Shown here one piece after another: positions 28,028 to 45,255 of a stretch of 64,000 nucleotides of DNA (position 1 is its first letter; each line of letters begins with the position of its first letter). Origin of the DNA: the human T2T-CHM13v2.0 reference genome, Homo sapiens; the NCBI RefSeq assembly GCF_009914755.1, contig NC_060947.1; one strand, given 5' to 3'. The position numbers and the translations under genes are program-made. The notes beneath the pieces are model-generated. The model saw only the letters and a list, made by a program, of their open reading frames with translations, made no database searches and had not been told where the DNA came from.

Positions 28028-30519
28028 GCAAGCCAGTGTCATCACCTATGAATCATATATCATTAAATAAGCCCAGGATTAAAAGTATTTTAAAAACATA
28101 GGTGCTCAACAGTCTCCCTTTCTTCCTTCCTCCCTGTCTCCTTCTTTCCTCCCTTTCTTCCTTCCATCTTTTCTCATTCATTCATTCAAAAATATTTATT
28201 GGATATCTCTCGCTAAAGCTGACCTCTTTTACACTCATATAGCAATACTTTTTTTAAAATGGCATAATCTTTCTTACTTAGCTCCATTCTACTTGATTTT
28301 TTTGGTTTAATTCTTAGTAGATTTGCTACTTTTTTCACTTTCAAGCAAAAGCCTAAATGAACCTCCATATAAAGAAATATGAATATTAACATTCTTATAT
28401 ATCTCCCTTGTGCCAGACACTATGCCAACTATTATCATCCCCATTTTAGAGATGAGGAAATTGAGGCTTAGGGAGTTAAGTGACTTGCATGAGGCAGAAA
28501 AACAGTGGACTCACTTGTCTGACTTAGAACCCATTTATCTGACTTCAAAGATTATGCAACATTGCCTCCCTAGCAGATAATGCTTGACCTTCCAGTGGCT
28601 TACATTCTCCATTGTAGAAAAATATAAAGAACTACCAGTCCTCAAAAACATAGCCATCCAACGTAGCCAAGGTGAATATATGGACTGTAAACTTCAGGAA
28701 AAATATTAGAAATATCTGGCAAGGAGAAGGGTTGTATGTTTGTCACTTTTGTATTTCCACGCTATTCAGAATGGATTTTGTGCGTCTAAGTTAGGTGAAT
28801 TAATTGAAGTGAATTGAAAGAATCTTCTATTATCAGCCTCAGTTCAGCACTCTACTTATAAGCCATGGGCTCTGTGTGGTAATCCCAGCTTCTGGATTTC
28901 TCAAGATGGCCCTGACAGCATTTACTAAGTTATCTATTTATACAGCTTTGGAAGGCTTTTCATATAAATAAATTCTCGAATTAGAAAAAAAAATCTAGAA
29001 TCAGAGTAGCATCACCTTCATTTATAAAAGATAGCATCTATAGTTTGATATTCAGATGAGCTATACTCAATAGTTTATCTTAATGGGAATAAAACAAAAG
29101 CCGAAGACACTTAAAGACATTCAATTTGGCTTTGGAATGCATGATACTGAATTTTTCAGATGTGCTTATGTAATGCTATGTGACTTGAGCTAATATTAAC
29201 TTCAAACGAAGCGTGTGCATTCCATGAATATGCCTTAACTAGTAGCAGTCTGGTAGGGTGCTTTAGGTCAGGGGCTGCCTAGCTGGACTGGGGAGTTAAG
29301 TTCCAATCATTTTCAAAGCATATAATGCAGATGCCAAATAAATGAGGGCAGACTGTGTATTACCACTTTCTGTCTGAAGACATATACATGTTTACTTTGT
29401 GAAAATGCAGGTAAAATTTCATGGAACAAAACCTTGATGTTTGTTCCATAAATATCTATTATTCTGTGAATAAACATTCATGTGAGAACTTATTTCAGTA
29501 GGATCAAAGTATTCTTAGCACATTCAAGAGCATAGTACACATTCTCTTGACCTACACCTGTTCCCAGTCCAGCACCAAAATCAAATCTTTCACACATCTT
29601 TCACAGTAACTTGTCTACTTGCAACCCACAGCTGTGAAATCTCCCTCCCCATTGAAAGTCAGCCCTTTGTATCAATGAATACTAATTGGTCCACAGAAAG
29701 ACTTTAAAGTTTTTAACCCCCTCCCCCCTCACCAACCCCAACCTACTGGAAAGGGGTGCAGCTGAGGCAAAAGTAGGAAGGTTAAGAACAAATGATAATG
29801 TCGCCACTCTGCAGTCTGATCTTTCTTCCCAAGCCACCCAATATAGTATTATCAAGCCAACTTTCCAAGGCTCTGTGTGGGGTAAGGCGCAAACAATGGT
29901 GTCCTGCCAATAACCCTACTCCTCCATCTGAAATGTGCCACATCTTATCAGACAGGCTGCATTTTCCTCCACAAATCTACCATGAAGCAAATTCTTCTCA
30001 TATACAAAGCATTTGTCAAATATATTCCCTCCTTTGGGCCCTTCTCCCTACATCTTTCACCTCCACACTATGTGAGCTATAGGTGAATATTATGAGCTTA
30101 TTTTGAGAAGTGGACACTAAAAGAAAACATAACTTACAAAGAGATGCAGCATTCACATTAAAGAAGTCCTTTCAGCTTCACACTTGGGAAACATCAGGCT
30201 ATGCTGGGAGACTTGAGTCTTATTCTTCAGCAGCCCTTACTGAAGAAGCCAGCCTCCCAAGTGGCATTTTAGAAATCAGTATCCTGCCCAGGAGTTTTAG
30301 GCTCTTAAATAAGAAGTGGAATCCAATTTCCTTTCGCTGACTAATGTATCTAGTCAAGGATGCTGCTACCTTTAAATTTGGTTAGTTGGAGGGAATTTAT
30401 TGGATAGGTGAGTGTCTCTACCAAAAGACTGGAATATAAAACCTTTTTGTTTTCCATAGACCATGATTCCTAAAGGTGTTTTTATTTATGTGCTAGACTT
30501 TTGACAAGGAAAGCAATAG

Positions 30520-30889
<370 letters not shown>

Positions 30890-31000
30890 AGGAAGACATT
30901 TTAGTAACCTTAGCATCATTCTTTTCTGCCAGGATCCAGAAGCACCGTCCTTGTACCTACATAAGGAAAATACACTGCTGGGACCCAGCAAGGTATAGAT

Positions 31001-31216
31001 CAGGGGTGTCCAATCTTTTGGCTTCCCTGGGCCACATTGGAAGAAGAAGAATTGTCTTGGGCCACACATAAAATACTAATGATAGCTGATGAGATAGAAG
31101 AAAAATCACCAAAAAATATCATAATGTTTTAAGAAAGTTTATGAATTTGTGTTGGGCCACATTCAAAGCCATCTTGGGCTGCATGCAGCCTGCAAGCTGC
31201 AGGTTGGACAAGCTTG
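31001..31216 (+). mobile_element. MER30 (hAT-Charlie MITE) with 8-bp TSD
   Basis: caggggtgtccaa ... ttggacaagcttg termini; TSD gtatagat / gtctagat. Confidence 0.88.
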
Positions 31217-31334
31217 GTCTAGATCATGCAGAGCCCAGTAGGCTGGGCATCAGGAAACCTGGCCTACCACCCCACTTCCACCTCTCACCCACAGCAGGAC
31301 TTCACTGTGACCTGGTCCCATAGCTTCACTCTAC

Positions 31335-31403
31335 CTGTAAGTCTAGCCCTATACACAGGAAGAAGATAGGATATTTGAAGTGCCATATTTTCTTCTCAGT
31401 TTC
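31335..31403 (-). CDS. GPC3: GPC3 alternative in-frame cassette exon (69 nt, ETEKKIWHFKYPIFFLCIGLDLQ) between exons 3 and 4
   Basis: T13-caag|GAAACT acceptor, TTACAG|gtagag donor, 23 open codons, phase 0/0 compatible with exon 4. Matches my recollection of the 23-aa insert of the 603-aa GPC3 isoform. Confidence 0.85.
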
Positions 31404-31453
31404 CTTGAAAAAAAAAAAAAGGTGAAAATTACTTTCTGAATGGAGTATGTTAT

Positions 31454-31963
31454 TGTAGGGCAGGGAAAATTTTATTTTCTTGACCTATGCCTGAGGAACC
31501 TGTAATAAAAGACAGATTAAAAAGAGAAATCCATACAAATATGTTTAATATAAGTTTTACGTCACACGAGATCCTTTAGAAAGGAAGACCCAAAGAAATG
31601 AGGAAAGCTGTGGATTTTTATGCTAAGTTTGTTAAGGAAATGGAGAGTGGTGAAGTGTGATTGGACAAAGAGGTTATAACTGAATGGAAATAAACTGGGG
31701 GAAACTTAGCCAGGGCAGTTTCTTCAGATTTTTCTCTGTGTCCCTGTAACTTTGGAGGTAAAGATGTTTCTTTCTTCTTGGTATAGGGTGGGCACCTCCA
31801 CATGACGGTCTTACGACATACTTTAGAAGAGGGTCAGTTAGGTTTTATGACCTGCTTCATGGGAGAAGGGGTGAGGGGAAGGTGAGAGTGACTTTCTTGT
31901 TTTTGAAGTTTTCTTAAATGCAAAGGTGCCATATTTTGGGGTGGTGTGTCCTGAATCCCATTA
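31454..31963 (-). mobile_element. ERV1 (MER4-group-like) solo LTR
   Basis: Minus strand begins gggattcaggacacaccaccccaaaatatggc and ends ccctaca, resembling MER4-group LTRs; subfamily not resolved. Confidence 0.6.
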
Positions 31964-32325
31964 TTACCAAACATTCTGAAATCATGCAAAAATTTGATCT
32001 GATACAATTCACTCCTATACTCTATAATGAACATGTCAAGAAATGCGGCTACTCTATTGGTTAAAATCTAACTGTCATTCTCAGGCCCCTATTCACTGTT
32101 GGTTCTGGGAACTCTCAAGTGACAAAAAAATTCAGATTTGATCTTTCACTCCAGAACAGAGAAAGAGAGCCTGTATCAAAAGCTTCTCAACAATACCAAC
32201 ACTTCACGTTTCTTACACAATACCCTATTCCAACCTAGTGCTTCACAGATAACTTCTACATCCATTCTCCATTCTCTTCACTCAGTCCTACCAACAACCC
32301 TCTGAGGTATACAGAGCAGGTATTA

Positions 32326-32598
32326 CTTATTTATTTATTTATTTATTGAGACAGGGTCTTGCTCTGTTGCCCAGGCTGGAGTGCCATGGTGTGGTCACGG
32401 CTCAATGCAGCCTTGATCTCCCCAGGCTCAGGTAATCCTCCCACTTAAGCCTCCTGAGCAGCTGGGACTACAGGCACACAACACCATGCCTAGCTAATGT
32501 AGCTAGACACGGGATCTCAGCATGTTGCCCAGACTGGTCTTGAACTCCTGGACTCAAGTGATCTGCCCACCTTGGTCTCCCAAAGCACTGGGATTACA
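32326..32598 (-). mobile_element. AluJ inserted in a MIR (about 32270-32740)
   Basis: (ttta)n tail; ggtatta on both flanks; MIR core continues at 32610. Confidence 0.88.
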
Positions 32599-33204
32599 CA
32601 GAATGGGTATTATTAGCCCCATTTTTAGATATAAGGAAACTGAAGCTCACAAAAGTTGGGGAACTTAAAAGCAAGGTCACAATGTTAGTAAATGGTAGAG
32701 CTGAGGCTTGAATGCTGGTCTGTCTGATTCTAAAACCTATGTTTTTGTTTTCGATTTTCCCGTGTCATGGAGTTCTGTCACAGGCATAGGCTCTGGGGCT
32801 TCCCAGTATTGGGTGTGACCCAGGTCTGTGGTTATGTGGACACCTTACCTATAATTGGAGGACAGTAATAATGATGAAAAATTCTCTAAACATATTCCAA
32901 GAAATGGCTAAAGTTGTTCAACAGAAAACTGACATTCAATTTTAACCTAAGTTTCAGGTAGTATTTCAAGTGGCAGTAAGCCAATAGTGGGATGATTTAA
33001 ATTCTTTGGTCTGCCAAGTAAGAGTGAATTAGTAACCATACGAAAGCACTGCATGTCAAATTCTATGGAAAAGGAGGCTCCCAAGTAGGTCTAGCTTGCC
33101 ACTTGCTGCCTGCAGGATGTCCCTTGACCCTGGCTCCAGAATTCAGATTATTGGGTTGGCTACAAAATCTTCGGTAATTCCTACATTTAAAAAAATTCTG
33201 ATGT

Positions 33205-34495
33205 CTAACCATCTGATCTTTGGCAAAGTTGACTCCCTATTCAATAAATGGTGCTAGGATAAATGGCTAGCCATATGCAAAAGATTGAAACTGGACTCCT
33301 ATCTTTTACCATATACAAAAATTAACTCAAGATGGATAGATTAAAGACTTAAATATTAGACTTCGAACTATAAAAATCCTACAAGAAAACTAAGGAAATA
33401 CACTTCTTGATATCACCCTTGGCAAAGCATTTATGGCTAAATCCTCAAAAGCAATTGCAACAAAAACAAAAATTGACAAGTGGAACCTAATTAAACTAAA
33501 GAGCTTCTGCACAGCAAGAGAAACTATTAAGGGAGTAAACAGACAACCTACAGAATGGGAGACAATATTTGCAAACTATGCATCTGACAAAAGCCTAATA
33601 CCCAGAAGCTATAAGGAACTTAAATAAATCAACAAGCAAAAAACAAATAGCCCCATTAAAAAGTGGGCAAAGGACATGAACAGACACTTCTTAAAAGAAG
33701 ACATACAAGTGGCCAATAAAGATATGAAAAAATGCTTATCATCACTAATCATCAGAGAAATGCAAATCAAAATCACAATGAGATATCATCTCACAGAATT
33801 TAGAATGGCTTTTGTTAAATAGTCTAAAAACAACAGATGCTGGTGAGGATGCAGAGAGAGGGGAACATTTACACACTGCTGGTGGGAGTGTAAATTAGTC
33901 CAGCCACTGCAGAGGGGAGTTTGGAGATTCCTCAAAGAACTAAGAGGTGAACTACCATTTGATTCAACAATACCATTACTGGGTATATAGCTAAAGGAAA
34001 ACAAATCATTCTACCAAAAAGACACCTGCACCCATATGTTCATCACAGCACTATACACAATAGCAAAGACATGCTATCAACTCAGGTGCTCATCAATGGT
34101 GGACTGGATAAAGAAAATGTTGTACATATACACCATGGAATACTACTCAGCCATAAACAAGCATGAAATATTGCCCCTTGCAGCAACATGGATGCAGCTG
34201 GAGGCTATTTTCCTAAGCAAAGTAATGCCGGGACAGAAAATCAAATACTGCATGTTCTCACTTATTAGTGGGAGCTAAATGTTGAATACACTAATGAACA
34301 TAAAGATGGGAATCACAGACACTGGGAACTACAAGAGGGCAGAAGGAGGAAAAGGGGCATGGGCTAAAAAACTATCTATTGGGTACTATGCTCACTACCT
34401 GGGTGATGGGACCATCCATACCCCAAACCTCAGCATCACACAATATACCCATATGACAAACCTGCACATGTACTCCCTGAATCCCAAAAAAAGTT
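33205..34495 (+). mobile_element. 5'-truncated L1 (old L1PA, about PA15-16): ORF2 C-terminus and 3'UTR
   Basis: ORF fragments [25 protein letters not shown] and WIKKMLYIYTMEYYSAI are L1 ORF2p; 3'UTR follows. Confidence 0.9.
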
Positions 34496-34939
34496 ATTTG
34501 AAACTGTGATGTTTTTATGTTTCTGAAACATATATTTAATATTTTGTAGGAGAATCCTGTCCTTATGTAACACCAGTGTAATTAAAACATCCAAAGGGAG
34601 AAAACCCAGATCAATATTCTGGGTTTAACAACGATGAGAGATTCAACAAGATGAGGACCTAGTATGTACTGTGTTTAGTAAATTTAGATGATTGATAATG
34701 ATGACATGAGTCACTTCAGCAGAGAAGTTCTGAAAATAAGAATCATAAGATGTAGAATATATGGAGAGTAAGCAAATAGATGGAAAGCATAGGCAGTTAT
34801 TTTACATAAAGGTTATGTCATGTATCTTATTAAGTATAATTAATATAATTAATAGTGTGTTAATTATCCGAGATAATTTTTTAATGGGGGGGCAGAGTTT
34901 ATGCTGCAGTACATTACCTCTTTTGGTTGCTGTACTCTT

Positions 34940-36305
34940 TTTTTAATTAAATGTTTTGAGACCCAATATACATAAAATGCATCCCTAAATTGTAGTTTGA
35001 TGAGATTTGTAAATGTATACACATGTGTAAACACTACCTCATAATGTAGAAAATATTGTCATAATTTTATAGTGACTGACATTTTAATCACTACAGATGA
35101 GATCTGTCTTTTTTAGGATTAGATTGATAACAGAAAGAAAGAATAGAAATATAGAAAATAAATATGGATAGATTCGGTATTTATGTCTTTGTTTCTGCTT
35201 TTTTGCTCAGGATAATTTTTTCTTTGAGGAACTCTATGTTGGTGGTTTACCAGTACTTTTTTCTTTTAATTGCTGAATAAATATACCAAATATGTTTACA
35301 CATTTGGGTAGTTTCCACATTTTTGCTTTTGTGAATAAAGCTGCACTGTTTACTCAAATCTTGCCATTTCATTTTCAAATATATGTTTTGTAAATACTCC
35401 TTCCCATTATCTGGTTTTTCACTTTTCTTAGTGATGCCTTTTGCACAGAACACTTTTTAAAATTTTTTGATGCACCTGATTTTATATATTTTTGCAGCTT
35501 TATGATTGATGCTGTTTTCCATCCAAAGAAGCCTTTCCATATGGCAATGTCACAGACATATTTTCTTCAGAACCTTTATCATTTGTACATTTATGATGAG
35601 GTATTTAACCCATTTTGTGTTAATTTTTGTATATTGTGTGATGTAAAGATTGCTGTTTTCATGGCCTAGGCGATGGGATCACTGGGACCCGAAGCCTCAG
35701 CGTCGTACAATATACCCATGTAACAAATCTGCAAGTGTACCCTCTAATCTGTAATAAAAGCTGAAACTATTTAAAAAAGAAATAAAAGAAATCTATCTTA
35801 AATAAAATTTGTACATGGCTAGATATTACTTGTTGATTTCCCTTTCACTGACATTTCTACTTCATTTCACAGTGCTTAAATCATATGACCTGTTGGATTT
35901 CTACTTTCACAAAGTTAATGACATTTTTAGGCCTAATGCTTTTCCTTTAAATATTTTTCTCTGGTATTTAAAAATAATGTGTATGCTCTGTTTATCTGTC
36001 ATGAATGCTATCCATTTGTTTATCTGATTAACTTGTCAAACTTTCCAAGTTATTTAACACTCAAGAAATAATGATTATGTTTTTCCAAATATTTATCAGA
36101 TTGTTTCAGTACAATTTGTTAAGATCATTTCTCATTTAGTTACTTCAATTTTTTATTTCTTTAAACTTAATTGGCCATGTTTGTGGATCTATTTCTGAAC
36201 TCTATTCTGTTTATTTAAATGTTTGTGCTTATGCAAATATATCATTCTCTTAATTGAAGTGTTATTATAATGTCTCGAATTCAGCTAATAAAAGTTCATC
36301 CAACT
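34940..36305 (-). mobile_element. Highly decayed L1M, interrupted by a plus-strand L1 3' fragment at about 35660-35790
   Basis: Reverse ORF2-like text (tgtgaataaagctgc; ggatctatttctgaactctattctgtt). Confidence 0.65.
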
Positions 36306-38366
36306 TAGAAAAAAAAGTGCTTTTCTGAGAAATGTTGCCAAATACCATTTAAATTTAGTCTTGGATCATTGATGGATTCATCAGGACCCTAAAGAATTAA
36401 AACTAAAACTTCCTTTGGGAGTTATGCAATTTAATTATCAACTCTGATCTAGTTGTCTACTTTGGATGAGTATTACCTGTGGCATTCGCTTTGTGGTACC
36501 TTGGGGCTGAAGGTGGAGTTGGGTGGGAATTTCAGTTTTTCAGTTAAAATAAAATGATGAATTTCAGTTCATTCTCTTGAATCATCTATCATACCACTAT
36601 ACAATTTCATTTAATTAAATCTTAAAAGTTTAAAAACAATATATACATTGAAATTATGTGATATACAACATAAACTTTTTAATAGTAGCAACCGTGCCCA
36701 TTTAACAATTCTACAGGTATAATAAAAATGCTAATATATGTTAATGTTTAGACTGTGGTTAATGTTTTGTCTTGTTAATTTCCCCAGGGCTTTTATTACT
36801 GATTTAAATCTGCCACACTACTCAACTGATTGCACTGCTTCCACAAACTGCATGGAGGTAGCTCAAATGAATACTGATTAACAGAAATGAACAAACATTT
36901 GGCTAAGCAAACCATTCTTATTATATGCTTGTAATCATTACATACATTTTCTTACAATGAGATGGGCATGGCAGGCATTTTCCTCTCACTTTTCCTACAG
37001 AAAATATGCATATGAGCATTAAATTAATTTATAACCTTGTACTTCAGGAAGAACATCATTATTAATTAACTATTGATTGATCTGATATACAGCACAGAGG
37101 ATAATGAACAGACCTGGTGACAATGTAAGCATTTTTTTCTTTCCTCACCTTTCAGACATTTTGCTGTGACTCATTGTTAATTGCTTGACCATTAAGATAA
37201 AAGCTCACTAATAATCTGTAATGTATTATAAATCAAGCAATTTTAAGAAATCAAGTGCTATTATTTGAACATTTCATACATGTTAGTTCTTGAAGTAAAT
37301 TGGAATCCAAAAAAGGAACAAATGTCCTACAGATCAGCCTGCTGCTAAATTGAACTACAGCATGGTATTATCGTGAAAGGAACACACAATTTGGAGTCAG
37401 GATACCTGGGGCCCAGTGTCAGTTCATCCTCTTACCATTTCAATAACTCTAGACAAGTCATTTACTTTCCTTGAAACTCAGCCTCCTCATCTGCAAAATG
37501 AAGATAATTAAAATGCCTGCTGGACCTGGCTGTAATGTGAAGATCAAGCGAAACAATGGTTGAAAGTGTAATGTCTCCCCCAACCAGATAGAAATTTGAT
37601 TCATTCTTAAGTGGGGACTACTTCCTTCTGCAGCCTGCTTTGTGTGTCATAATCCTGGTTCAGCTGGTCAGGAACATGGGTAGCTATATGTCCCTGAAAG
37701 GGAACCACATGGAATTTGCCCAAGTCTGGCAGTCACACAATTGGGTCCGGTCTGCTCTGGAATATCTGGAATATCCTCTTCTGTTCTTCTAATCTCGAAT
37801 TACCAATAGGTGGTACGTGACTTTGGCTGTTTACCCTGTGTCTCATACCCACATGCTTTTGTCTGAGGGGCTGAATGCTGTAGGGATGGGAGACAGGTTT
37901 TAAATGCTCCTTATGTAGAAGAGACTTATATTTTGCTAATTTATATCTGCCACAAACAGAGTCTGAGCTGAAAGCAGAATCCTGCATGTGTGCCTAACAC
38001 TTCTTATGCATTACCAATCCCTTTGCAGCACCAGGAGTTCATGACATTATTATTTAACCATGTGAAACCATTAATGTGCAGATTAAAAGAGAACTTTGTG
38101 TAGTAAATCAACTCAATACTGAATTCAAATACCACTCCCCCAAATATACTCATCTCCTTGTGTCCTTTGTCCCAGTGAAAAGGAATTACCTCCTACTCAA
38201 TTGCTCAAGCCAGAAGAAACCAAATAATTTCTGGTGATTTCTCCCTCCCTCTAACTTCTCTACATCCAGACACGAAGTCTTGTTTATTGTCTCTTATAAA
38301 TAACCATTCAATTTGTGAACTTTTCTCTACCTTTAGGTCTAGGATTCCATCAACTGTCTCTTAGAG

Positions 38367-38655
38367 CAGTGCTTCTCAAACTTTAATGTGTATACAAATC
38401 ACCTGAAAATCTTATTCACAGAGTTTCATCTTCAATAGATCTGGGGTGAAGTCTGAGATGATTAGCAAGGCCCTAGCATAGTGGTTCTCAAAGCATGGTC
38501 CTAAAATAAGCAGCATCAATACCATCTGGGCACTTGTTGGAAATGCATTTTGGGGCCAGACTTAGACCTACTGAATCAGAAATCCTGGGAGTGGAGCCCA
38601 GCTTTTAACAAGCCCTTCAGGGGGTTCTGATGCATACAAGTTGGAGAACCACTGC
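38367..38655. mobile_element. MER5-type hAT MITE pieces
   Basis: cagtgcttctcaaacttt; tagtggttctcaaag ... gttggagaaccactg. Confidence 0.75.
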
Positions 38656-38724
38656 CACACAGACCATCCCAACGGCCTCTTAATTGGTCTCCAAAGCTCC
38701 AGTTTTGACCTCCTCCAATCCATT

Positions 38725-41660
<2,936 letters not shown>

Positions 41661-42080
41661 TCTCTGCTCTACACTAACATCCAAAATAATCTGAAAATAA
41701 TAATTTATAAGTACATTATAAATTAAATTATTTATAAATAAATAAAATGGCATTAATGAATAACATATTAATTCATCACCTACTATGTGCTGGACAGTGT
41801 TTTAAGTGCTCCTCCATAAAAGCAATGAGAAAATTGGCAAAAACATTCAGAACCAACTTCTTTGGAGCTCTGGAATTTAATAAAAGTATTTGCAGCAATC
41901 CGAGAAGCATTTATTCAAGAAAATGGCTGAATGTCAGTAGGAACAGTGAGCGTTGTGGCATTTTAACTTCCCTATTCTCATTCCTCCTCTCCAGTTCTGA
42001 AGTACTTTTGAAAACTAACAGCCCACATTCATGGTGAAATCTAGCATCCTGGCAGCCACTGGAGGGAGCAGAATGGGGTT

Positions 42081-42625
42081 TGTAATGGTTAATACTGAAT
42101 GTCAACTTGATTAGATTGAAGGGTGCAAAGTATTGTTCCTGGGTGTGTCTGTGAGGGTGTTGCCAAAGGAGATTAACGTTTCAGTCAGTGGACTGGGAGA
42201 GGCAGACACAACCTCAATCTCTGTGGGCACCATTTAATCAGCTGTCAGTGTGACTAGAATAAAGCAGGCAGAAGAATGTGGAAGGCACCAGACTAGCTGA
42301 GTCTTCTGGTCTTCATCTTTCTCCTGTGCTGGATGCTTCCTGCCCTTGAACATCAGACTCCAAGTTCTTCAGCTTTTGGACTCTTGGACTTAACACCAGT
42401 GGTTTGCCAGGGGCACTTGGGCCTTTGGCCACAGACTGAAGGCTGCACTGTCAGCTTCTCTACTTTTGAGGTTTTGGGACTTGGACTGGCTTCCTTGCTC
42501 CTCAGCTTGCAGATGGCCTATTGTGGGACTTCATCTTGTGACTGTGTGAGTCAATACTCCTTAATAAACTCCCTTTCATATATGCATCTATCCTATTAGT
42601 TCTGTCTCTCTAGAGAACTCTGACA
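42081..42625 (+). mobile_element. MLT2A-type ERVL solo LTR
   Basis: tgtaatggttaatactgaatgtcaacttgattagattgaagg ... ttaataaactccc ... ctagagaactctgac. Confidence 0.85.
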
Positions 42626-44081
42626 GGTTGGAGTTCTTTCAAAGCTACACTCAGTAAACTGTAATTATTTGACCTGTCTGATGGTTACCTAAAATACCCC
42701 ATTTGCAAGGCTGTTTTTATTTGAACTGATATTGAGCTCACCTGTGCAAAAGCCTTTTCCCTGGAGACATCTGCTGAACTCAATTAGAGGTAATTATTTT
42801 ACTTTGTAGCTGCCTGAAGCAAGGGGACAATAGTTAGAGCAAATAATAGGCTAACCAAAAAATTTTCAGGAAAATCCAGGTAATGAGATGTCCATAAGTG
42901 CTATAAAAGCTACATATTCCTGGGGATCTAGTGGGTTACACTCAAGCATAAGGCTGTGTGCATGCCAGATCAAGAAAGATCTGAGAAAGCCCTATTCCCT
43001 CACCTTTGACTGACCTTGAGGTTCTGTGCAAGGAAGTGAAGGCTAAGGCAGGGTCTTCAACTGCTAGGCTGAATGTTAAAGGTGTGCCCAGCATACACAA
43101 AGAGCACTTCAGCAAAGACTGAGAGACTTACTGGTTCCAGAAAGTTAAGGAAAACACTGTTCAATCATTAACTTACTACCACTAAGCTAACTGAACAAAG
43201 ACTTCAACGGCTACACATGACAAAGAATACAGACTTTACAGAATTGGTTGAGAAAAGTGACAAAGAAATAAGAACTACCACCACAATAACAAACACCAAC
43301 AACAATGCCTGAGGATAGGGGAGAATCTGATTTCCAGAGATACTACATTATATTCTTTAAATATCTAGTTTTTGACAAAAAAAAATTACAAGAGATGTAA
43401 AGAAATAAGAAAGCATGGCCCATCCACAGGAAAAAAATCAATCAACAGACACTGTCTCTCAGGAAGCCCAGATATGGGCTTTATTAGACAAAAAACTTTA
43501 AACTAGCCATTTTAAATATGTTCAGACACTTAAAGGAAACAATGCCTAAAGAACTAAAAGATGGTAGGAGAATGATGCCTTGATAGGCAAAAAGATAGAA
43601 ATTACTTTTTTTTAAGAAGAACCAAATAGAAATTCTGGAATTGAAAATTGTAATAACTAAAATTAAAAGTTCATTAATGGGGCTTAGCAGGAAATTTTAG
43701 CATGCAAAAGAAACAATAATCACATTTGAAGATAGATCAATTTAAATTTTCCTATCTGAGGAAGATGAAGAAAAAAGAATTAAGGAAAATGAGTAGCACC
43801 TCAGAATCCTGTGGAACACCAGTAAGTGTGCCAACATACATATAATGGAAGTTTCAGAGAGAGAAGAGAGAAAGAAAAAGGCAGAAAGAGTACTTGAAGA
43901 AATAATGGCTAAAAGCTTCCCAAATTTGATGCAAAATATTAATCCACACATCCAAGAAACTCAGTGAATTCCAAGTAGACACATAATAATCAAAATGTCA
44001 AAAGACAAAGATAATCTTGAAAGCAGCAAGAGAGAAGTAATTCATTGCATTCAAAGGGCCCTCAATAAGATTAACAGTTGC

Positions 44082-44390
<309 letters not shown>

Positions 44391-44439
44391 TATAGTTGCT
44401 TTCTCTTCAGAAAGTATAAACACAAGAAGGCAATGGGAT

Positions 44440-44902
44440 TAAGGGAGGAGACCACCCCTCATATTGTCTTATGCCCAATTTCTGCCTCCAAAGAAAGAAG
44501 AAGTAAAAGCTAAAAGGCAGAAATGAAATCCACAAGCAGACAGCCCGGTACCACACCCTGGTCCTGGTAGTTAAAGATCGACCTCTGACCTAATTGGTTA
44601 TGTTATCTATAGATTACAGACATTATATAGAAAAGCACTGTGAAAATCCCTGTCCTGTTCTGTTCCGTTCTAATTACCAGTGCATGAAGCCCCCAGTCAT
44701 GCACCCCCTGCTTGCTCAATCAATCACAACCCTCTCACGAGGACCCCCTTAGAGTTGTGAGCCCTTAAAAGGGACTGGAATTGCTCACTCGGGAAGCTTG
44801 GTTGTTGGAGACGTGAGTCTTGCCAAAGCTCCTGGCTGAATAAAGCCCTTCCTTCTTTAACTCGGTGTCTGAGGGGTTTTGTCTGTGGCTTGTCCTGCTA
44901 CA
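44440..44902 (+). mobile_element. LTR2-family (HERV-E/Harlequin) solo LTR, 463 bp, TSD GGAT
   Basis: taagggaggagaccacccctcatattgtc ... gtcctgctaca; ggat at 44436-44439 and 44903-44906; TATA-like cttaaaa and aataaa present. Confidence 0.88.
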
Positions 44903-45036
44903 GGATGATATATTCAAAGCACTGAAAGGAAAAAAACATCACCCAAGAACTCTATGATCATCAGAAGTATACATGAAAAATGAAAGTGAAATTAAGGCAT
45001 TCCCAGATAAAGAAAAATTGAGAGAGCTTATCACTA

Positions 45037-45255
<219 letters not shown>

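Noticed and set aside
31336-31343. Plus-strand ct|gtaagt donor overlapping the cassette exon, hinting at an antisense exon
   Set aside because: No matching acceptor or transcript evidence can be derived from sequence alone.
33433-34509. L1 ORF2-like ORFs (also 45922-46173, 48296-48484, 62243-62545)
   Set aside because: Short fragments of truncated, frameshifted L1 copies; no intact reverse transcriptase.
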